NCBI GenBank assembly: GCA_963845565.1
Contig: CAWJSJ010000005.1
Coordinates: forward strand, 256,001-320,000
Length of the DNA: 64,000 nt
DNA from: an uncultured Methylomirabilota bacterium
GTDB taxonomy: Bacteria > Methylomirabilota > Methylomirabilia > Methylomirabilales > 2-02-FULL-66-22
Direction of reading: 5' to 3'
The position numbers and the translations under genes are program-made. Below the pieces are notes generated by a model. The model did not search any database. It saw only the letters and a program-made list of their open reading frames with translations, and was not told the origin of the DNA. Positions 30,280-42,749 of this stretch are shown piece by piece (positions within the stretch are counted from its first letter, which is position 1; the number at the start of each line of letters is the position of its first letter).

Positions 30280-30317
30280 TTCACGGAATTGTCACCTTCG
30301 GGTCACCCACCGTTCAT
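30280..30317 (+). promoter_or_regulatory. Pho-box-like array upstream of the AEP transporter
   Basis: TTCAC/GTCAC/GTCAC/TTCAT at 30280/30291/30302/30313. Confidence 0.75.
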
Positions 30318-30382
30318 GCGCCTCTGTCACAAACACTCCGCGAAGCGAAAGCCGTTCCACCACATCGAAAGGGGTAGCGTTC

Positions 30383-31405
30383 ATGGGAAAGCATCGCAGA
30401 CTCACCTGGCTCGGGGCTCTCGTGGCGGTCATCCTGCTGGCCGTGCCGGCGGCGGCGGAAGAGATCCTGGTCTATACCGCCCTCGAAGACGACCAGATTC
30501 CCCGGTATCTGGAGTCGTTCAAGAAGCAGCACCCGGATATCACCGTCAAGATCGTCCGTGACTCCACGGGGATCGTGACCGCCAAGCTCTTGGCCGAGAA
30601 GGCCAACCCCCATGCCGACCTCATCTGGGGACTGGCGGCCACCAGTCTCCTGATCTTGGATCAGGAGGGCGTGCTCGCCCCCTACGCCCCGAAACGGGTC
30701 GAGTTGGTGGCGCCGCAATTCAAAGATGCCCGCAACCCACCGACCTGGGTGGGCATCGACGCCTGGATGACGGGGTTCTGCGTCAACACCGTGGAGAGCA
30801 AGGCCAAGAACCTCCCCATTCCCGCGTCGTTCGCCGATCTCATCAAACCGAACTACAAGGGTCATCTGGTCATGCCCAATCCGGCCTCGTCCGGGACGGG
30901 ATACCTGACGGTGTCGGCGGTGCTGCAGTTGATGGGCGAGGAGAAGGGTTGGGAATATCTGGATAAGCTGCACGGGAACATGGCAATCTACACCCACTCC
31001 GGGTCGAAGCCATGCAAGCAGGCCGCTGCCGGGGAGTTCCCGATCGGCATCTCTTTCGGATACCGTGGCATCGAGGAGAAAAAGAAAGGCGCCCCCATCG
31101 AGACGGTCTTCCCGAAGGAGGGCTCCGGGTGGGATCTCGAAGCCAACGCTCTCATGAAGAAGGCGCAGATCAAGCCGGGCGCCAAGACCTTCCTGGATTG
31201 GGCGCTCAGCGAACCCGTCATGCGGGAGTATAACAAGAGCTATGCCGTCGTTTCGATCCCCACGGGCATGGGCGTGCCGGAGGGGTTCCCCAAGGAACCG
31301 CTCAAGCAGATGATCAAGAACGATTTCAACTGGGCCGCGAAGAATCGCGCCCGGATCCTGGACGAATGGAACAAGCGGTACGGCACCAAGAGCGAGCCCA
31401 AGTAA
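30383..31405 (+). CDS. aepX: Putative 2-aminoethylphosphonate ABC substrate-binding protein (AepX-like)
   Basis: Signal peptide; [52 protein letters not shown]; next to phnX/phnW. Confidence 0.85.
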   Translation: MGKHRRLTWLGALVAVILLAVPAAAEEILVYTALEDDQIPRYLESFKKQHPDITVKIVRDSTGIVTAKLLAEKANPHADLIWGLAATSLLILDQEGVLAPYAPKRVELVAPQFKDARNPPTWVGIDAWMTGFCVNTVESKAKNLPIPASFADLIKPNYKGHLVMPNPASSGTGYLTVSAVLQLMGEEKGWEYLDKLHGNMAIYTHSGSKPCKQAAAGEFPIGISFGYRGIEEKKKGAPIETVFPKEGSGWDLEANALMKKAQIKPGAKTFLDWALSEPVMREYNKSYAVVSIPTGMGVPEGFPKEPLKQMIKNDFNWAAKNRARILDEWNKRYGTKSEPK

Positions 31406-31472
31406 CGGCCACCGGATACCCTGGCGTCTTCGCCACCCGTCCGGCTCAGGCCGGGCGGGTGGCGCCTTCCTG

Positions 31473-32582
31473 ATGAGCGACGCAGTGCAAATCGCCACCG
31501 TTGGAACCCCGTATCTCCTCGTGGAGGGGGTGCAGAAGAACTTTGGGCGCTTCCCCGCCCTCCAGGACGTTTCCCTGGCGGCAGGCCGCGGCGAGTTCGT
31601 CTGTGTCCTGGGCCCCAGCGGCTGCGGAAAGACCACACTCCTCCGGGTCGTGGCCGGCCTCGAGCGGCCCGAGGCCGGACGTGTCATCATCGACGGGCGG
31701 GACGTGTCCCGACTCCCCGTCTCCCGGCGCAACGTCGGGATCGTCTTTCAATCCTATGCCCTGTTTCCCAATCTGACGACGGCACAGAACATCGGATATG
31801 GCCTAACCAGCCTGCGCACCGAAAGGGAGACCGTCCGCAGCCGCGTCGGAGAACTCCTGCGTCTGGTCGGTCTGCTCGGGATGGAATCCAAGTACCCCGG
31901 CCAGCTTTCCGGCGGCCAGCAGCAGCGGGTGGCCCTGGCGCGGGCCATGGCACTGTCCCCCTCGCTGCTCCTCCTGGACGAGCCGCTCTCGGCCCTGGAC
32001 GCTCAGGTGCGGGTCACCCTGCGCGATGAAGTGAGGCAGCTGCAGCGGCGCTTGGGGGTCACGACGCTGATGGTGACCCACGATCAGGAGGAGGCGCTTA
32101 CCATGGCCGATCGCATCCTGGTCATGGACCGCGGCCGCGTGGTTCAGAACGGCACCCCGCTGGACATCTATAACAAACCCGCCACCCCGTTCGTCGCCGC
32201 CTTCATCGGGTCCATGAATTTCCTGCGGAATGCCATCAAGGAGGGGCCGGGGCGCTTCCGCCTCGGCGACCTGCAGTTGCAGGTCGAGAACGGCAGCGCG
32301 GCGCTCGGCGCCGGCAGCCGCGTGGTCATGGCGATCCGCCCCGAGGACATCACCGTGGGAAACGGGCACGCGGATGCGCGGAACACGCTGTCCGTCCGCG
32401 TGGAGAGCCTGGAGTTCCGTGGGCCGCTGTACCGAGCGACGCTTCGGCTCCCGATGGGAGCGGACGCTCCCACCATTCAGGCAGATCTCTCGGCCGATGT
32501 CATCCGACGCCGCGGGATTCGTGAGGCCGCGGATCTTTCCGTTCAGCTTCCCCCAGACCGCATCCGGGTCTACGCGGAATGA
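31473..32582 (+). CDS. AEP ABC transporter ATPase (AepV-like)
   Basis: [41 protein letters not shown]-like C-terminus. Confidence 0.9.
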   Translation: MSDAVQIATVGTPYLLVEGVQKNFGRFPALQDVSLAAGRGEFVCVLGPSGCGKTTLLRVVAGLERPEAGRVIIDGRDVSRLPVSRRNVGIVFQSYALFPNLTTAQNIGYGLTSLRTERETVRSRVGELLRLVGLLGMESKYPGQLSGGQQQRVALARAMALSPSLLLLDEPLSALDAQVRVTLRDEVRQLQRRLGVTTLMVTHDQEEALTMADRILVMDRGRVVQNGTPLDIYNKPATPFVAAFIGSMNFLRNAIKEGPGRFRLGDLQLQVENGSAALGAGSRVVMAIRPEDITVGNGHADARNTLSVRVESLEFRGPLYRATLRLPMGADAPTIQADLSADVIRRRGIREAADLSVQLPPDRIRVYAE

Positions 32583-34379
32583 TGCCGCCAGGCTCCGCCT
32601 CGTCCGCGCTCTCCTCCCCACCGCCCACCGCCGGCAGCCTCGGAATCCTGGGGGCAGTCGACACCGAGCGGTGGCTCCGCGCCGCCCTGATCGTCCTGGT
32701 GTGCCTCTGGATGGTGGCGGCCATCGTGCTTCCCCTGGGGCAACTGCTCCTGCTGAGCGGGTACGATCGAGCCGGGAATCTGGTGGGCCTGGAGAACTTC
32801 CGCACCTATTTCCGGACTCCCGCGCTCTCCAGTTCGCTCCTGAACAGCCTCGTCGTCTCGGGCATCACCACCGTGCTCTCGGTGGTGTTCGGGTTCCTGT
32901 ATGCGTATGCGCTGACCCGGACCTGCATGCCCGGCAAGGGATTCCTCCGAGGGGTGGCCATGCTGCCCCTCTTCGCGCCGACGCTGCTGAATGGGATCGC
33001 GCTGGTGTATCTCTTCGGAAAGAAAGGGCTGGTCACCACGGGGTTCCTCGGCGCCACGGAGGCCTGGCTGGGGCCTGCCGCTCAAGGTGGACATCGGGCT
33101 GTACGGACCCGTCGGCATCGTCCTGGGTGAACTGATCTACATCTTCCCCCAGGCGATGCTGATTCTCTCGGTCGCCCTGCGCATGAGCGATGCCCGGCTC
33201 TACGAAGCCTCGAACTCGCTCCGCGCCTCCCGGCTCCGCACCTTTCTCACGGTGACACTGCCGGGGATCAAGTATGGCGTCGTCAGCGCCACCCTGGTGT
33301 CCTTCATCCTCGGATTCACGGATTTCGGCGTGCCGAAGGTGGTCGGGGGAAACTTCAACGTGCTGGCCACCGACATCTACAAGCAGGTGATCGGCCAGCA
33401 GAACTTCGAGATGGGGGCCACGGTGAGCGTCGTGCTGCTCCTCCCCACGGCCGCAGCGTTTCTCCTCGACCGGCTGACCCAGCGTCGGCAGATGACCCTG
33501 ATCGCCGCACGGTCGGTACCGCTCAGGCCGAGGCCGTCCCCGGTGCTCGATCGCCTGGCGCTCGCCTATTGCGGGGTGGTCGCCGTCCTCATCCTGGGGT
33601 TCTTCCTCACCGCGGGGTTCGCATCCCTGGTCAAGGTCTGGCCCTACGACCTCGGCGTGACCTTTCGTCATTACGACTTCCGCACGGTGGGCGGCGGGGG
33701 GTACAACGCGCTGTGGAACAGTATCCGGATGTCGCTCTACACCGCCGTGATCGGGACCATCCTCACCTTCGTGAGCGCCTATCTGATCGAAAAGAGCCGG
33801 GGCCTCGGCCCGCTCCGCCAGGCCGCCTACTTCCTGTCCATCCTGCCGCTGGCGCTGCCGGGCCTCGTCATCGGTCTGGCCTACATCTTCTTCTTCAATA
33901 CCCCGCACTGGTCCCTCCTCGGGCTGTCCGTCCCGAATCCTGGGTATCTTCTGTACGGAACGATGGGGATCCTGGTCCTGAGCAACATCGTGCATTTCGG
34001 CACCGTCGGCTTTCTCACCGCGACCACCGCGCTCAAGCAGCTCGACCGGGAGTTCGAGGCCGTCTCGGAATCCATGCGCGTCCCCTTCTACGTGACCTGC
34101 GTCCGGGTGACCGCCCCCGTCTGTCTCCCGGCGATTCTGGAGATCGGGATGTACTTCTTCGTCAATTCCATGGCCACCGTGTCGGCCGTGATCTTCCTCT
34201 ATTCCGCCGACATCCCGTTGGCGACGGTGGCCGTGGCCAACATGGACGATGCGGGCGACATCGCCGCCGCCGCGGCGATGTCGATGCTCGTGGTTCTGGT
34301 GAACGTGGGGGTTCGGCTGCTGTACGAGGCGGCGACGCGGGGCCTCCAGCGGCGCACGCAAGCCTGGACGTCCGCATGA
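32579..34379 (+). CDS. AEP ABC transporter permease (AepW-like), frameshift near 33070
   Basis: [58 protein letters not shown] motif. Confidence 0.85.
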
Positions 34380-34599
34380 GTGGGGAGGCGAAACCCGCGG
34401 ACGCGTTGTCCGGTTACCATACACGGAGTGTTTCGACGTGGCGACGGGCCGGCCGCGGGATGCGTACCTCGATTTCACGGAACGCGTATGGGCGGAACTC
34501 TCAGCGCTCGGATTCCCGCGCGGGTAGCGGCCTGTCCTTCATGCGCGGCGCGCGCGGATCTGTGTTGTTCGCACATTGCCATTTAACGGGAGGATCATT

Positions 34600-35433
34600 G
34601 TGAACGGTAACGCTGGCAGAATCCCAGATTCCGGCCAAGTCCGAGCGCTCGTGCTCGACTGGGCGGGAACCGCCGTGGATTATGGCTGTATCGGGCCCGT
34701 GGCGGTCTTCATCGAGGTCTTCAGGCGGCAGGGTGTGCAGGTGACAACCCCCGAAGCGCGAGGACCCATGGGGCTCATGAAGAAGGATCATGTCCGCGCC
34801 ATGTGCCGGACGACATCCGTGGCGGAGAAGTGGCGGAGCGTGCATCACCGCGACCCGCAGGAAACGGACGTGGACGCTATGTACGCCGACGTGGAGCCGC
34901 TGATGGTGTCCTGCGTTGCCCGCCACGCCGAGCCGATCACGGGAGCCGTCGAGACCGTCGCCCGCTTCCGACAGGCCGGCCTGAAGATCGGGTCGTCCAC
35001 GGGTTACACGACGCCCATGATGGACGTGCTCGTTCCCGAATCGGCGCGCCGGGGTTATCGGCCGGACTCCATCGTGTGCTCCTCGGATGTCCCTGCCGGT
35101 CGCCCGGCCCCGTGGATGTGCTACCTCAATGCCATCAATCTCCGCGTGTATCCCATGGAAGCGATGGTGAAGATCGGCGACACCGTGAGCGACATCCAGG
35201 AGGGGCGGAACGCTGGGATGTGGACCATCGGGGTAACGAAAACGGGGAACGAACTGGGCCTCACCGAAACCGAAGTCGCCGCCGTGGCCCCCGCGGAGCT
35301 GCGCGCACGTCTGGAGGCCATCGGGGACCGATTGCGGGCGGCGGGTGCCCATTACCTCGCCGAGAGCATTCAGGAGTGTCCGGAGATTGTGGACATCATC
35401 AACGACCGCCTTGCCCGCGGAGAGCGGCCATGA
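34600..35433 (+). CDS. phnX: Phosphonoacetaldehyde hydrolase (phosphonatase)
   Basis: [20 protein letters not shown] (Schiff-base Lys), [19 protein letters not shown]. Confidence 0.95.
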   Translation: MNGNAGRIPDSGQVRALVLDWAGTAVDYGCIGPVAVFIEVFRRQGVQVTTPEARGPMGLMKKDHVRAMCRTTSVAEKWRSVHHRDPQETDVDAMYADVEPLMVSCVARHAEPITGAVETVARFRQAGLKIGSSTGYTTPMMDVLVPESARRGYRPDSIVCSSDVPAGRPAPWMCYLNAINLRVYPMEAMVKIGDTVSDIQEGRNAGMWTIGVTKTGNELGLTETEVAAVAPAELRARLEAIGDRLRAAGAHYLAESIQECPEIVDIINDRLARGERP

Positions 35434-36632
35434 CGTCGGGCTGCCACCCGTGCGACCCGTCTCGATTGGAGGCCAACGTGGATATCAATGTGATACCGGA
35501 CAACCCGTATCTGCTCCTCACGCCGGGGCCGCTTTCGACGACCAAGAGCGTCAAGGCGGCCATGTTGCGCGACTGGTGCACCTGGGATGATGAATATCAT
35601 TCGATCGTCCAGGATCTCCGCGCCGCACTTGTCCGCTTGGCCACTCCGGCCGAGGGATACACCGCCGTGCTGATGCAAGGAAGCGGCACATTCAGCGTCG
35701 AGGCCGCCATCGGGACGGCGCTTCCGGTGGACGGGAGGCTGCTGGTCTTGACGAACGGTGCGTACGGCGAACGGATGGTCGAGATTGCCCACCGACTGCG
35801 GATCAGCGTGGTGACCCACGACAGTGGCGAGCTGCACCCGCCGGACCTCGACCGATTGGAGCGCACCCTCGCCGCAGAGCCGGGCATCACGCACGTGGCG
35901 ATCGTTCATTGCGAGACCACCACCGGTATGTTGAATCCAGTGGAGGCGGTCGGCCGAATCGTACAGTCCTTCGGCCGGACATACCTCGTGGACGCCATGA
36001 GCAGCCTTGGGGGCATTCCGTTCGATATCGCCGACCTGGGTGCGGACTTCGTGATCAGTAGCGCCAACAAATGCATTCAGGGTGTCCCCGGTTTCGGATT
36101 CGTCATCGCCAGACGCCAGGCACTGGAGCGGACCAAGGGGCGAGCCCGGTCGGTCAGTCTGGACCTCTACGAGCAGTGGCGCGAGATGGAGATGAAAGGC
36201 GGGAAGTGGCGCTTCACCTCTCCCACACATGTCGTGCGAGCGTTTGCGCAGGCGATGAAGGAACTGGAGGAGGAGGGCGGAGTGGCGGCCCGCTACGCCC
36301 GGTACCGGCGGAACCATCGGATCCTGGTGGACGGCATGCGCGCACTCGGTTTCTCGTGTCTGTTGCCCGACGAGAATCAGTCGCCGATCATCACCTCGTT
36401 TCTGAGCCCGACCCACCCCGGCTACCGTTTCGAGCGTTTTTACGCCGATCTCAAAGCTCGCGGCTTTGTCGTGTACCCCGGGAAGGTGACGTCGTTGGAC
36501 ACCTTCCGGATCGGGAATATTGGTCACGTCTGCCCGGACGACATGCGTCGCTTGATCGAGGCGGTGAGAAACAGCATGTTCTGGCGCGAGGGGCAATCGC
36601 CAGCCGAGCCGGCCACCTGGGCATGGCGTTAG
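35430..36632 (+). CDS. phnW: 2-aminoethylphosphonate-pyruvate transaminase
   Basis: [48 protein letters not shown]. Confidence 0.96.
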   Translation: MTSGCHPCDPSRLEANVDINVIPDNPYLLLTPGPLSTTKSVKAAMLRDWCTWDDEYHSIVQDLRAALVRLATPAEGYTAVLMQGSGTFSVEAAIGTALPVDGRLLVLTNGAYGERMVEIAHRLRISVVTHDSGELHPPDLDRLERTLAAEPGITHVAIVHCETTTGMLNPVEAVGRIVQSFGRTYLVDAMSSLGGIPFDIADLGADFVISSANKCIQGVPGFGFVIARRQALERTKGRARSVSLDLYEQWREMEMKGGKWRFTSPTHVVRAFAQAMKELEEEGGVAARYARYRRNHRILVDGMRALGFSCLLPDENQSPIITSFLSPTHPGYRFERFYADLKARGFVVYPGKVTSLDTFRIGNIGHVCPDDMRRLIEAVRNSMFWREGQSPAEPATWAWR

Positions 36633-37159
36633 TGCGGGGGCCTGCCACGCAGGTCTAGCAATGGCTACGTGTGCGCGACCGCACGTGTTGCGAGTTCCAC
36701 ACGACACCCCAAGGCCCCCAAAGGCCTGACGGATACGGCGGAGACGGAAGCCGACTCGTCTGCCATGCTGCGCCTCTTGCCTCCGTCTTCAATTCCACCA
36801 ATCCACACTTCTATCAGCGGAGATACCTCGGACACCTCTGTGGCGCGGCAGGGCGTCCCGCCGCCCGGAACGTCGTCGATCGGGCTGGTGTTCGCCTAGG
36901 GCCGTCGAGGTGTGTCGCGGCGCGCCAAGACTTCACTGACGCGCAATCACGTTGTCATCCGCGGGCGGTATCCATCTGCCATGAATCTGCATTGACTTCT
37001 CGGCTCGCGCGGCAGCGTCCTGTCTGGATTGCACACCGTGGTGCGCCGCCGCCGGCGGGCGCAGGGGGCGGCGCGCGCGAATCGACCATCAGAAAGGAGG
37101 GCGCGTTTCGTAGCACCCGGACCTGAATGAACAACCAGCTAACCGATTGGAGGGAAACC

Positions 37160-38817
37160 ATGAAACGTTGTGCGCGGTCTGCAATCCTTATGTTCGCGTT
37201 GACACTGCTGGCGGCTGGGGCCGCCTCGGCAGAGCCGTGGCGTTTCGGCGTGATGTCCGACACCCAGTGGAAAGCCAACATAGACGGGCAGAACCCAGGC
37301 ACGGTGGCGGTCGGGATCATCAACCAACTTAACAAGCAATTCATTGACCACGATGTGAAGTTCGTGATTCAAGTCGGTGACCTGGTGGACAAAGAAACCA
37401 ACAGCCCGAATGGTCTGCCCAACGAACGCACCATGGGCACCCGGGCCGTTGCCGCACAGGCCCTGTACGATGCCGGCATCGGTTTCTTCCCTGTCCGCGG
37501 TAATCACGAGGCCTCCCAACTCGCCGCGGCGGAGTTTCAAACGCTCTACCCGCAAACCATCGGCGGCGGCGGTCAGGTGTTTGGCGCCAAGAACTTCAGC
37601 AGCCCGTTCGCGAACTTGAACGGGCTGAGCTACTCCTTTGACTACAAGGATGCTCGCTTCGTACTCCTCGACCAGTTCACGCGGACCGATGGCACGAACA
37701 ACCTGGGCAGCGCCGACAACAACATCCTCGACCAGCAAGGTTGGATCGATACTCAACTCTCTACCAAGGGGCGCCAGACGCACGCCTTCGTCTTCAGTCA
37801 TAAGAATCTCATCGGTGGGAACCACACCGACATCCTCTTCGGTGCCAATCCCGCCGCAAACCCGGTTGGCCAGAACGCATTCTATAGCAGCCTCCAGAAC
37901 CACGGCGTTCGGTATCAGTTTGGCGGCCACGACCATATGCACCACCGCGCCGTCATGCGCAGCCCGGACAACAATTCCAGCGTGCAGGAGATCATCGCCG
38001 CGTCGAACAGCTACAAGTTCTACATCCCGCAGATTCCCACCATCGATACGAAGTACAACGTCCCTGCCTTTGGAGGCACCCGGGAGACGCCCATCGCCCA
38101 GGAGTTATTCACGATCGGCTATTACATCGTCACCGTGGACGGTCCCCGCGTGACGGTGGACCACTATGCGTCCGACAACGGATGCGGCGGAACGCTGGGC
38201 GCCGGGGTGGACTGCGATCTTACCGTGACACCCGCCCTCACGTTCTTCAAGCGAGAGACCTTCGGCTACAGCTTGAACGGCCAGGAGTTCCTGATCCCCA
38301 AGGCCATGCGTACACGGACGTGCGGGACAGCTTCGACGGCACCACGGCGAAGATCCTCTGCTGCGTCAACGGGAGCACGGCGACGTTGTACGACAGCCGC
38401 CCCACGACCAAGGCGGTGAATACGGGGTGGGCCCGCAAAGAGGAGCGGCGTTGGGGCCATGGGCAAGATCGCGACCTCGCGAGCAATATCCTGAGCCTGT
38501 GGGGGCTGGCGGACCTCGGAACGGATCAGACCGACACATACGTGCTCTCTATGACCTACGACACGTTGTGGGGCCACCTGCGGGACCTCTTCCGCGGGGA
38601 GTTCGGGCTGGCGGTCCGGAATGAGCATGGCAAGTGGATCAACGCGGTGGACGCGAATGTCGGCGGGACGAAGCGGTTCGTCTTGGGGCCGTGGCGACCA
38701 CACTACACGCTCGGCACCTACGGCGTGGACCTGTTTACGCGCACGGCCTGGGCCGTCGTCAACCATACGGGGGAGTTTGCGGTTGCGGAAGACTTGGAGT
38801 GGGGTCCGCGCAAGTAA
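37160..38817 (+). CDS. Secreted calcineurin-like metallophosphoesterase with C-terminal extra domain; frameshift near 38300
   Basis: Signal peptide; SDTQ, QVGDL, RGNHE, FSHK, GHDHMH; coding-like sequence continues in the 38182-38817 frame. Confidence 0.85.
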
Positions 38818-38863
38818 GCACGGCCGACCTTCCGGCGATGTCTGCGTAGTTGCTTGAGCAAGA

Positions 38864-38900
38864 GGGGGGCACCTCGGCGGTGCCCTCCTTGCCTTTTTCT
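38864..38900 (+). terminator. Intrinsic terminator
   Basis: GGGGGGCACC-TCGGC-GGTGCCCTCC followed by a T-rich run. Confidence 0.65.
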
Positions 38901-39195
38901 TGTTTGTGGTAACGCGACGCCCTTATACACCCGAAGAATCCCCTCGCGTGAGACTCCGAGGAGTGCGAGGTGCAGTCAGGGCAGAAGATGTATGCGGTCA
39001 TCGCCATTCGGCGTTTCGACTGCCCCCGTCCGAATACGCCCCACTCCCGATGGTCGAAGGACCGCTGCGAGAGGTTCGTTGCTCCTTTGCTTCTTTCGGA
39101 TGAACATTCGGCGTCGACGAACGAATGGGTCGGCCGATAGCGCCGATACGCCGAATTGCCCGCCCCGCGCAGCCGCCGCACGACCTCCAGGGCCC

Positions 39196-39233
39196 GTCAT
39201 GGGATCTTCTCGCCGCGTTCACACCGCTGTAAC
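39196..39233 (+). promoter_or_regulatory. Pho-box-like array upstream of the second Pst-like operon
   Basis: GTCAT/TTCTC/TTCAC/GTAAC at 39196/39207/39218/39229. Confidence 0.65.
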
Positions 39234-39327
39234 CGCCTCGGAAGAGAGTCAATCGCTCTTGGCCGAAGAACGCTGTTCCACCGACGACTCCCCAGCGCCG
39301 TGTGGGGACGAACCTTGGGAGGGAACC

Positions 39328-40209
39328 ATGAGGAAGACGACGGGCATCGCGCTGGTGTTGGCAGTCATGCTGTGCGGTATCGGGATTTCCCAGCCGTTCG
39401 CGGCCGAGTTTGACGGGACGCTCCGCATCGGCGGGTCGACGACGCTGCTCCCGGTCGTCGCGGATGCCGCGAGCCAGTTTATGGAAAAGTATGGCACCTG
39501 GGACAAGGCCGACGCCTCGCTGCCGAAGAAGCAGGCCCTGATCTTCGTCACCGGCGGCGGTTCCGGGTTCGGCGTCAACGCGGCGATCAGCGGGACCGTC
39601 GACCTCGGGATGAGCTCGCGCGATCTCAAGGATGCCGAAAAGACGAAGCTCGGCGATCACAAAGAGGTCCTCGTCAGCAAGGACTGCATCGCGTTCGCGG
39701 TGAACAAGAAGAGCCCCCTGGCCAAGCTGGACAACCTGACAAAGGCCGACGTCGTCAAGATCTTCTCGGGCGAGGCGAAGACGTTCAAGGACGTCCGATC
39801 CGACCTTCCCGCGAAGCTGATCGTCGTTCTGATGCGCGACATGGCCGGCGGCTCGACCGAGATGCTCCAGGGGATGGTCCTGAAGGAGAAGTCCTTCTCG
39901 CCGTCGGCGATTCAGGTTCCGTCACAAGGGGCCAACATGAAGAAGGTCGAGGAAAACACGTGGGCGATCACTTACATCTCGTCCGTCATCGCGCTCCAGA
40001 ACCCGAAACTGAAGGTCCTCAAGTATGAGGGGATCGCGCCGACAAACGAAAACGTGGTCGCGGGGACGTATCCCCTCACGCGCCCGCTGCTCCTTCTCGC
40101 GAAGGGCGCGCCGTCCGCCGCGGGGCAGCGGTTTATCGATTATATGCTCAATGAGGGGCAGTCGGTCATCCTCGAGCACGGGTATGTTCCCGTCAAGAAA
40201 GCGATGTGA
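39328..40209 (+). CDS. PstS-like substrate-binding protein (second system)
   Basis: Signal peptide; RIGGSTTLLP, GGGSGFG, DLGMSSR, YPLTRPL. Confidence 0.88.
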   Translation: MRKTTGIALVLAVMLCGIGISQPFAAEFDGTLRIGGSTTLLPVVADAASQFMEKYGTWDKADASLPKKQALIFVTGGGSGFGVNAAISGTVDLGMSSRDLKDAEKTKLGDHKEVLVSKDCIAFAVNKKSPLAKLDNLTKADVVKIFSGEAKTFKDVRSDLPAKLIVVLMRDMAGGSTEMLQGMVLKEKSFSPSAIQVPSQGANMKKVEENTWAITYISSVIALQNPKLKVLKYEGIAPTNENVVAGTYPLTRPLLLLAKGAPSAAGQRFIDYMLNEGQSVILEHGYVPVKKAM

Positions 40210-41135
40210 GACGGGGGTCGGGTTGCGGTCTAGGGCCGTTTGTGCCGCCCGGCGATCTGTCGGTCCGGGACCGGCTCCTCCGGTCGGCGTGCCTGGTGTC
40301 CCTGGCCGTCGGAGGGGGGACCCTCTTTCTGACCGTCGGGTATCTCTTCCTCGAGTCGGGGGCGGCGTCCGGGCTCTCGTCCCGCTTCGTCGACTGTTTC
40401 CGGGGAACGTGGAGGCCGCTGGCCACGCCGCCGTCGCTGGGGCTAGCGCATGCGTGGGCCTCGACGCTGGTCGTGACGGGAATCGCGCTCGCGATTGCTC
40501 TCCCCCTCGGCGTCTCGATCGGCCTCTTTCTCGCGGAGGTTGCCCCGCTGTGGCTCCGTCGGGCACTGACCCCGGCCATGGAGCTTCTGGCCGGCATCCC
40601 GGCGGTGGTGTTCGGCTTCTTCGGGGCGGTCACGTTGGTGCCGCTCGCCGAATGGCTCTTTGAGCTCCCCACCGGGGAGACGCTGCTCGGCGCGGGGATC
40701 GTCCTGTCGGTCATGATGGTCCCCTTTGTCGCGAGCACCTCGGGCGAGGCGTTCCGCGCGGTGTATCGCGAATACCGGGAGGCCGCGTTCTCCCTCGGCG
40801 TCGACGCGTTTTACGCCTTCCGCCGCGTGGTTCTCGTCCGGGCGATGCCGGGCCTCATGGCGGCGGCGGCGCTGGGACTGGCGCGCGGCCTGGGGGAGAC
40901 GCTCGCAGTCCTCATGCTCTCGGGGAACACGACCGAGTTTCCGGCCTCGGTGATCAGTCGCGGACAGCCCCTCACGGCGCTGCTCGCCACCGAGGTTGGC
41001 GAGACGGCGGTGCACTCGGCGAAGTACCACATGCTCTTCACCGGGGCCCTGGCGCTGATGCTGATGGTGCTCCTCGTGAACCTGTTGATCGCCCTGCTGA
41101 AGAAGCGGCTCTACCGAGGACTCCATGCGGTCTGA
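40206..41135 (+). CDS. PstC-like permease
   Basis: ELLAGIPAVVFGFFG, LARGLGETLAVLMLSGN. Confidence 0.88.
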   Translation: MRRGSGCGLGPFVPPGDLSVRDRLLRSACLVSLAVGGGTLFLTVGYLFLESGAASGLSSRFVDCFRGTWRPLATPPSLGLAHAWASTLVVTGIALAIALPLGVSIGLFLAEVAPLWLRRALTPAMELLAGIPAVVFGFFGAVTLVPLAEWLFELPTGETLLGAGIVLSVMMVPFVASTSGEAFRAVYREYREAAFSLGVDAFYAFRRVVLVRAMPGLMAAAALGLARGLGETLAVLMLSGNTTEFPASVISRGQPLTALLATEVGETAVHSAKYHMLFTGALALMLMVLLVNLLIALLKKRLYRGLHAV

Positions 41136-41980
41136 ACCCGCGTCCGTCGGGAGGCGCCGTCTCGGAAACACGGTGTTTCTCGGCATGATCTGGGTCTCCG
41201 GCGTCGTCGGGATCCTTCTCCCGGCGAGTATCGTGGTCCACCTGCTCGCCAACGGGGGGAAGCTCCTCGATCCGTCGTTCCTGCTGGACCGGCCCCGAGG
41301 CACCCCGCTCGGCTCCGCCGGAGGCATCTTCCCGGCGATAGCAGGCAGCGTCTCCCTCGTGGGCATCGGCCTCGCCGTCGCATTCCCCATGGCGATCGGC
41401 GGCGCGCTCTACCTGTCGGAGTTCAGCCGCTCCGCGCGCGGGACCCGGGCGGCACGGCTCGTCATCGAGTCGCTCGCGGCCGTCCCGTCGATCGTCTACG
41501 GCCTCTTCGGCTACGCGTTCTTCGTCGTGCTCCTTCGGATGGGGACGTCGCTGGCGGCGGGGAGCCTCGTGCTGGCCATCGTGATGTTTCCGATCATCCT
41601 GATCACAGCACAGGAGGCGTTCGACGCGGTTCCGCGGGACTACCGCGAGGCGGCGCTGGCACTCGGCGTCGACCGGTACGAGTGGGTCCTCCGCGTATTG
41701 CTCCCGAAGTCGGCGACGCGCATATCTGGCCGGCGTCGTGCTGGCGGTCGGGCATGCGGTGGGGTCGGCCGCCCCGATCCTGTTCACCGCGGCGGTTTTC
41801 TTCTCGGCGGGCGGAATCCAACTCGACCGCCCGGTCATGACGCTGCCGACCCATCTCTACTTCCTGGTGTCGGAGGCCGTGTCGTTCCCGAACGCCTATG
41901 GGACCGCCTCGGTCCTGGTGGTCGGTCTGTTCCTCTTCAACGCCGCGGCGATGGCGCTGCGAAACATGGGCCGGGAGTGA
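41125..41980 (+). CDS. PstA-like permease, frameshift near 41725
   Basis: GGIFPAIAGS, LAAVPSIVYGLFG, then AVGSAAPILFTA, MTLPTHLY in the shifted frame. Confidence 0.85.
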
Positions 41981-41984
41981 GGCG

Positions 41985-42749
41985 ATGAGAAACGGGTCCC
42001 TGTTCGAGGTCCGAGAGCTCCAGGTAAACTACGGCGAGCGCAAGATCCTGCACGAGGTCAGCACCGACATCCCCGAAGGCGCGGTGACGGCGATCCTCGG
42101 GCCCTCGGGGTGCGGGAAGTCGACGCTCCTGCGCGCCATGAACCGCACGCTGGAACTGATCCCGCACGCCCGCATCGCGAAGGGGTCGATCCGGTTCCGG
42201 GGCACCGACCTGATGTCGCATCCGGCCGGCCCGCACCGGATCCGCAAGCGGATCGGCATCGTCCAGCAGCGCCCACTGCCGTTCCCGATGTCGATCCAGG
42301 ACAACGTGCTCTTCGGTGCCCGCTACCACGAGCGGCTCGCGGCCGGGGAGAGGCGGGAGCTGGTCGAGACGCATCTCGCCCGCGTGGGGCTGTGGGAGGA
42401 GGTGAAGGACCGCCTGAAGGCACCCGGCAATGCCTTGTCGATCGGCCAGCAGCAGCGGCTCTGCATTGCGCGCTCCCTCGCCAACCGGCCCGAGGTGCTG
42501 CTGATGGACGAGCCGTGCTCGGCGCTCGACCCGGCCTCCACGGCGAAGATCGAGGAGCTGATCCTCGGGCTGCAGGACGAGGTCACCGTCGTGATCGTCA
42601 CGCACAATCTCGCGCAAGCGCGCCGCGTCTCCTCGCGCTGCCTGTTCTTCCTCGCCGGCACGCTGGCGGAGCAAGGGGACACGGGGCAGGTCCTGACCGC
42701 CCCGTGCCACCCGGGCGTCCGGGCGATCGTCAGCGGGCAGGAGGGATGA
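41985..42749 (+). CDS. PstB-like ATPase
   Basis: [51 protein letters not shown]. Confidence 0.9.
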   Translation: MRNGSLFEVRELQVNYGERKILHEVSTDIPEGAVTAILGPSGCGKSTLLRAMNRTLELIPHARIAKGSIRFRGTDLMSHPAGPHRIRKRIGIVQQRPLPFPMSIQDNVLFGARYHERLAAGERRELVETHLARVGLWEEVKDRLKAPGNALSIGQQQRLCIARSLANRPEVLLMDEPCSALDPASTAKIEELILGLQDEVTVVIVTHNLAQARRVSSRCLFFLAGTLAEQGDTGQVLTAPCHPGVRAIVSGQEG

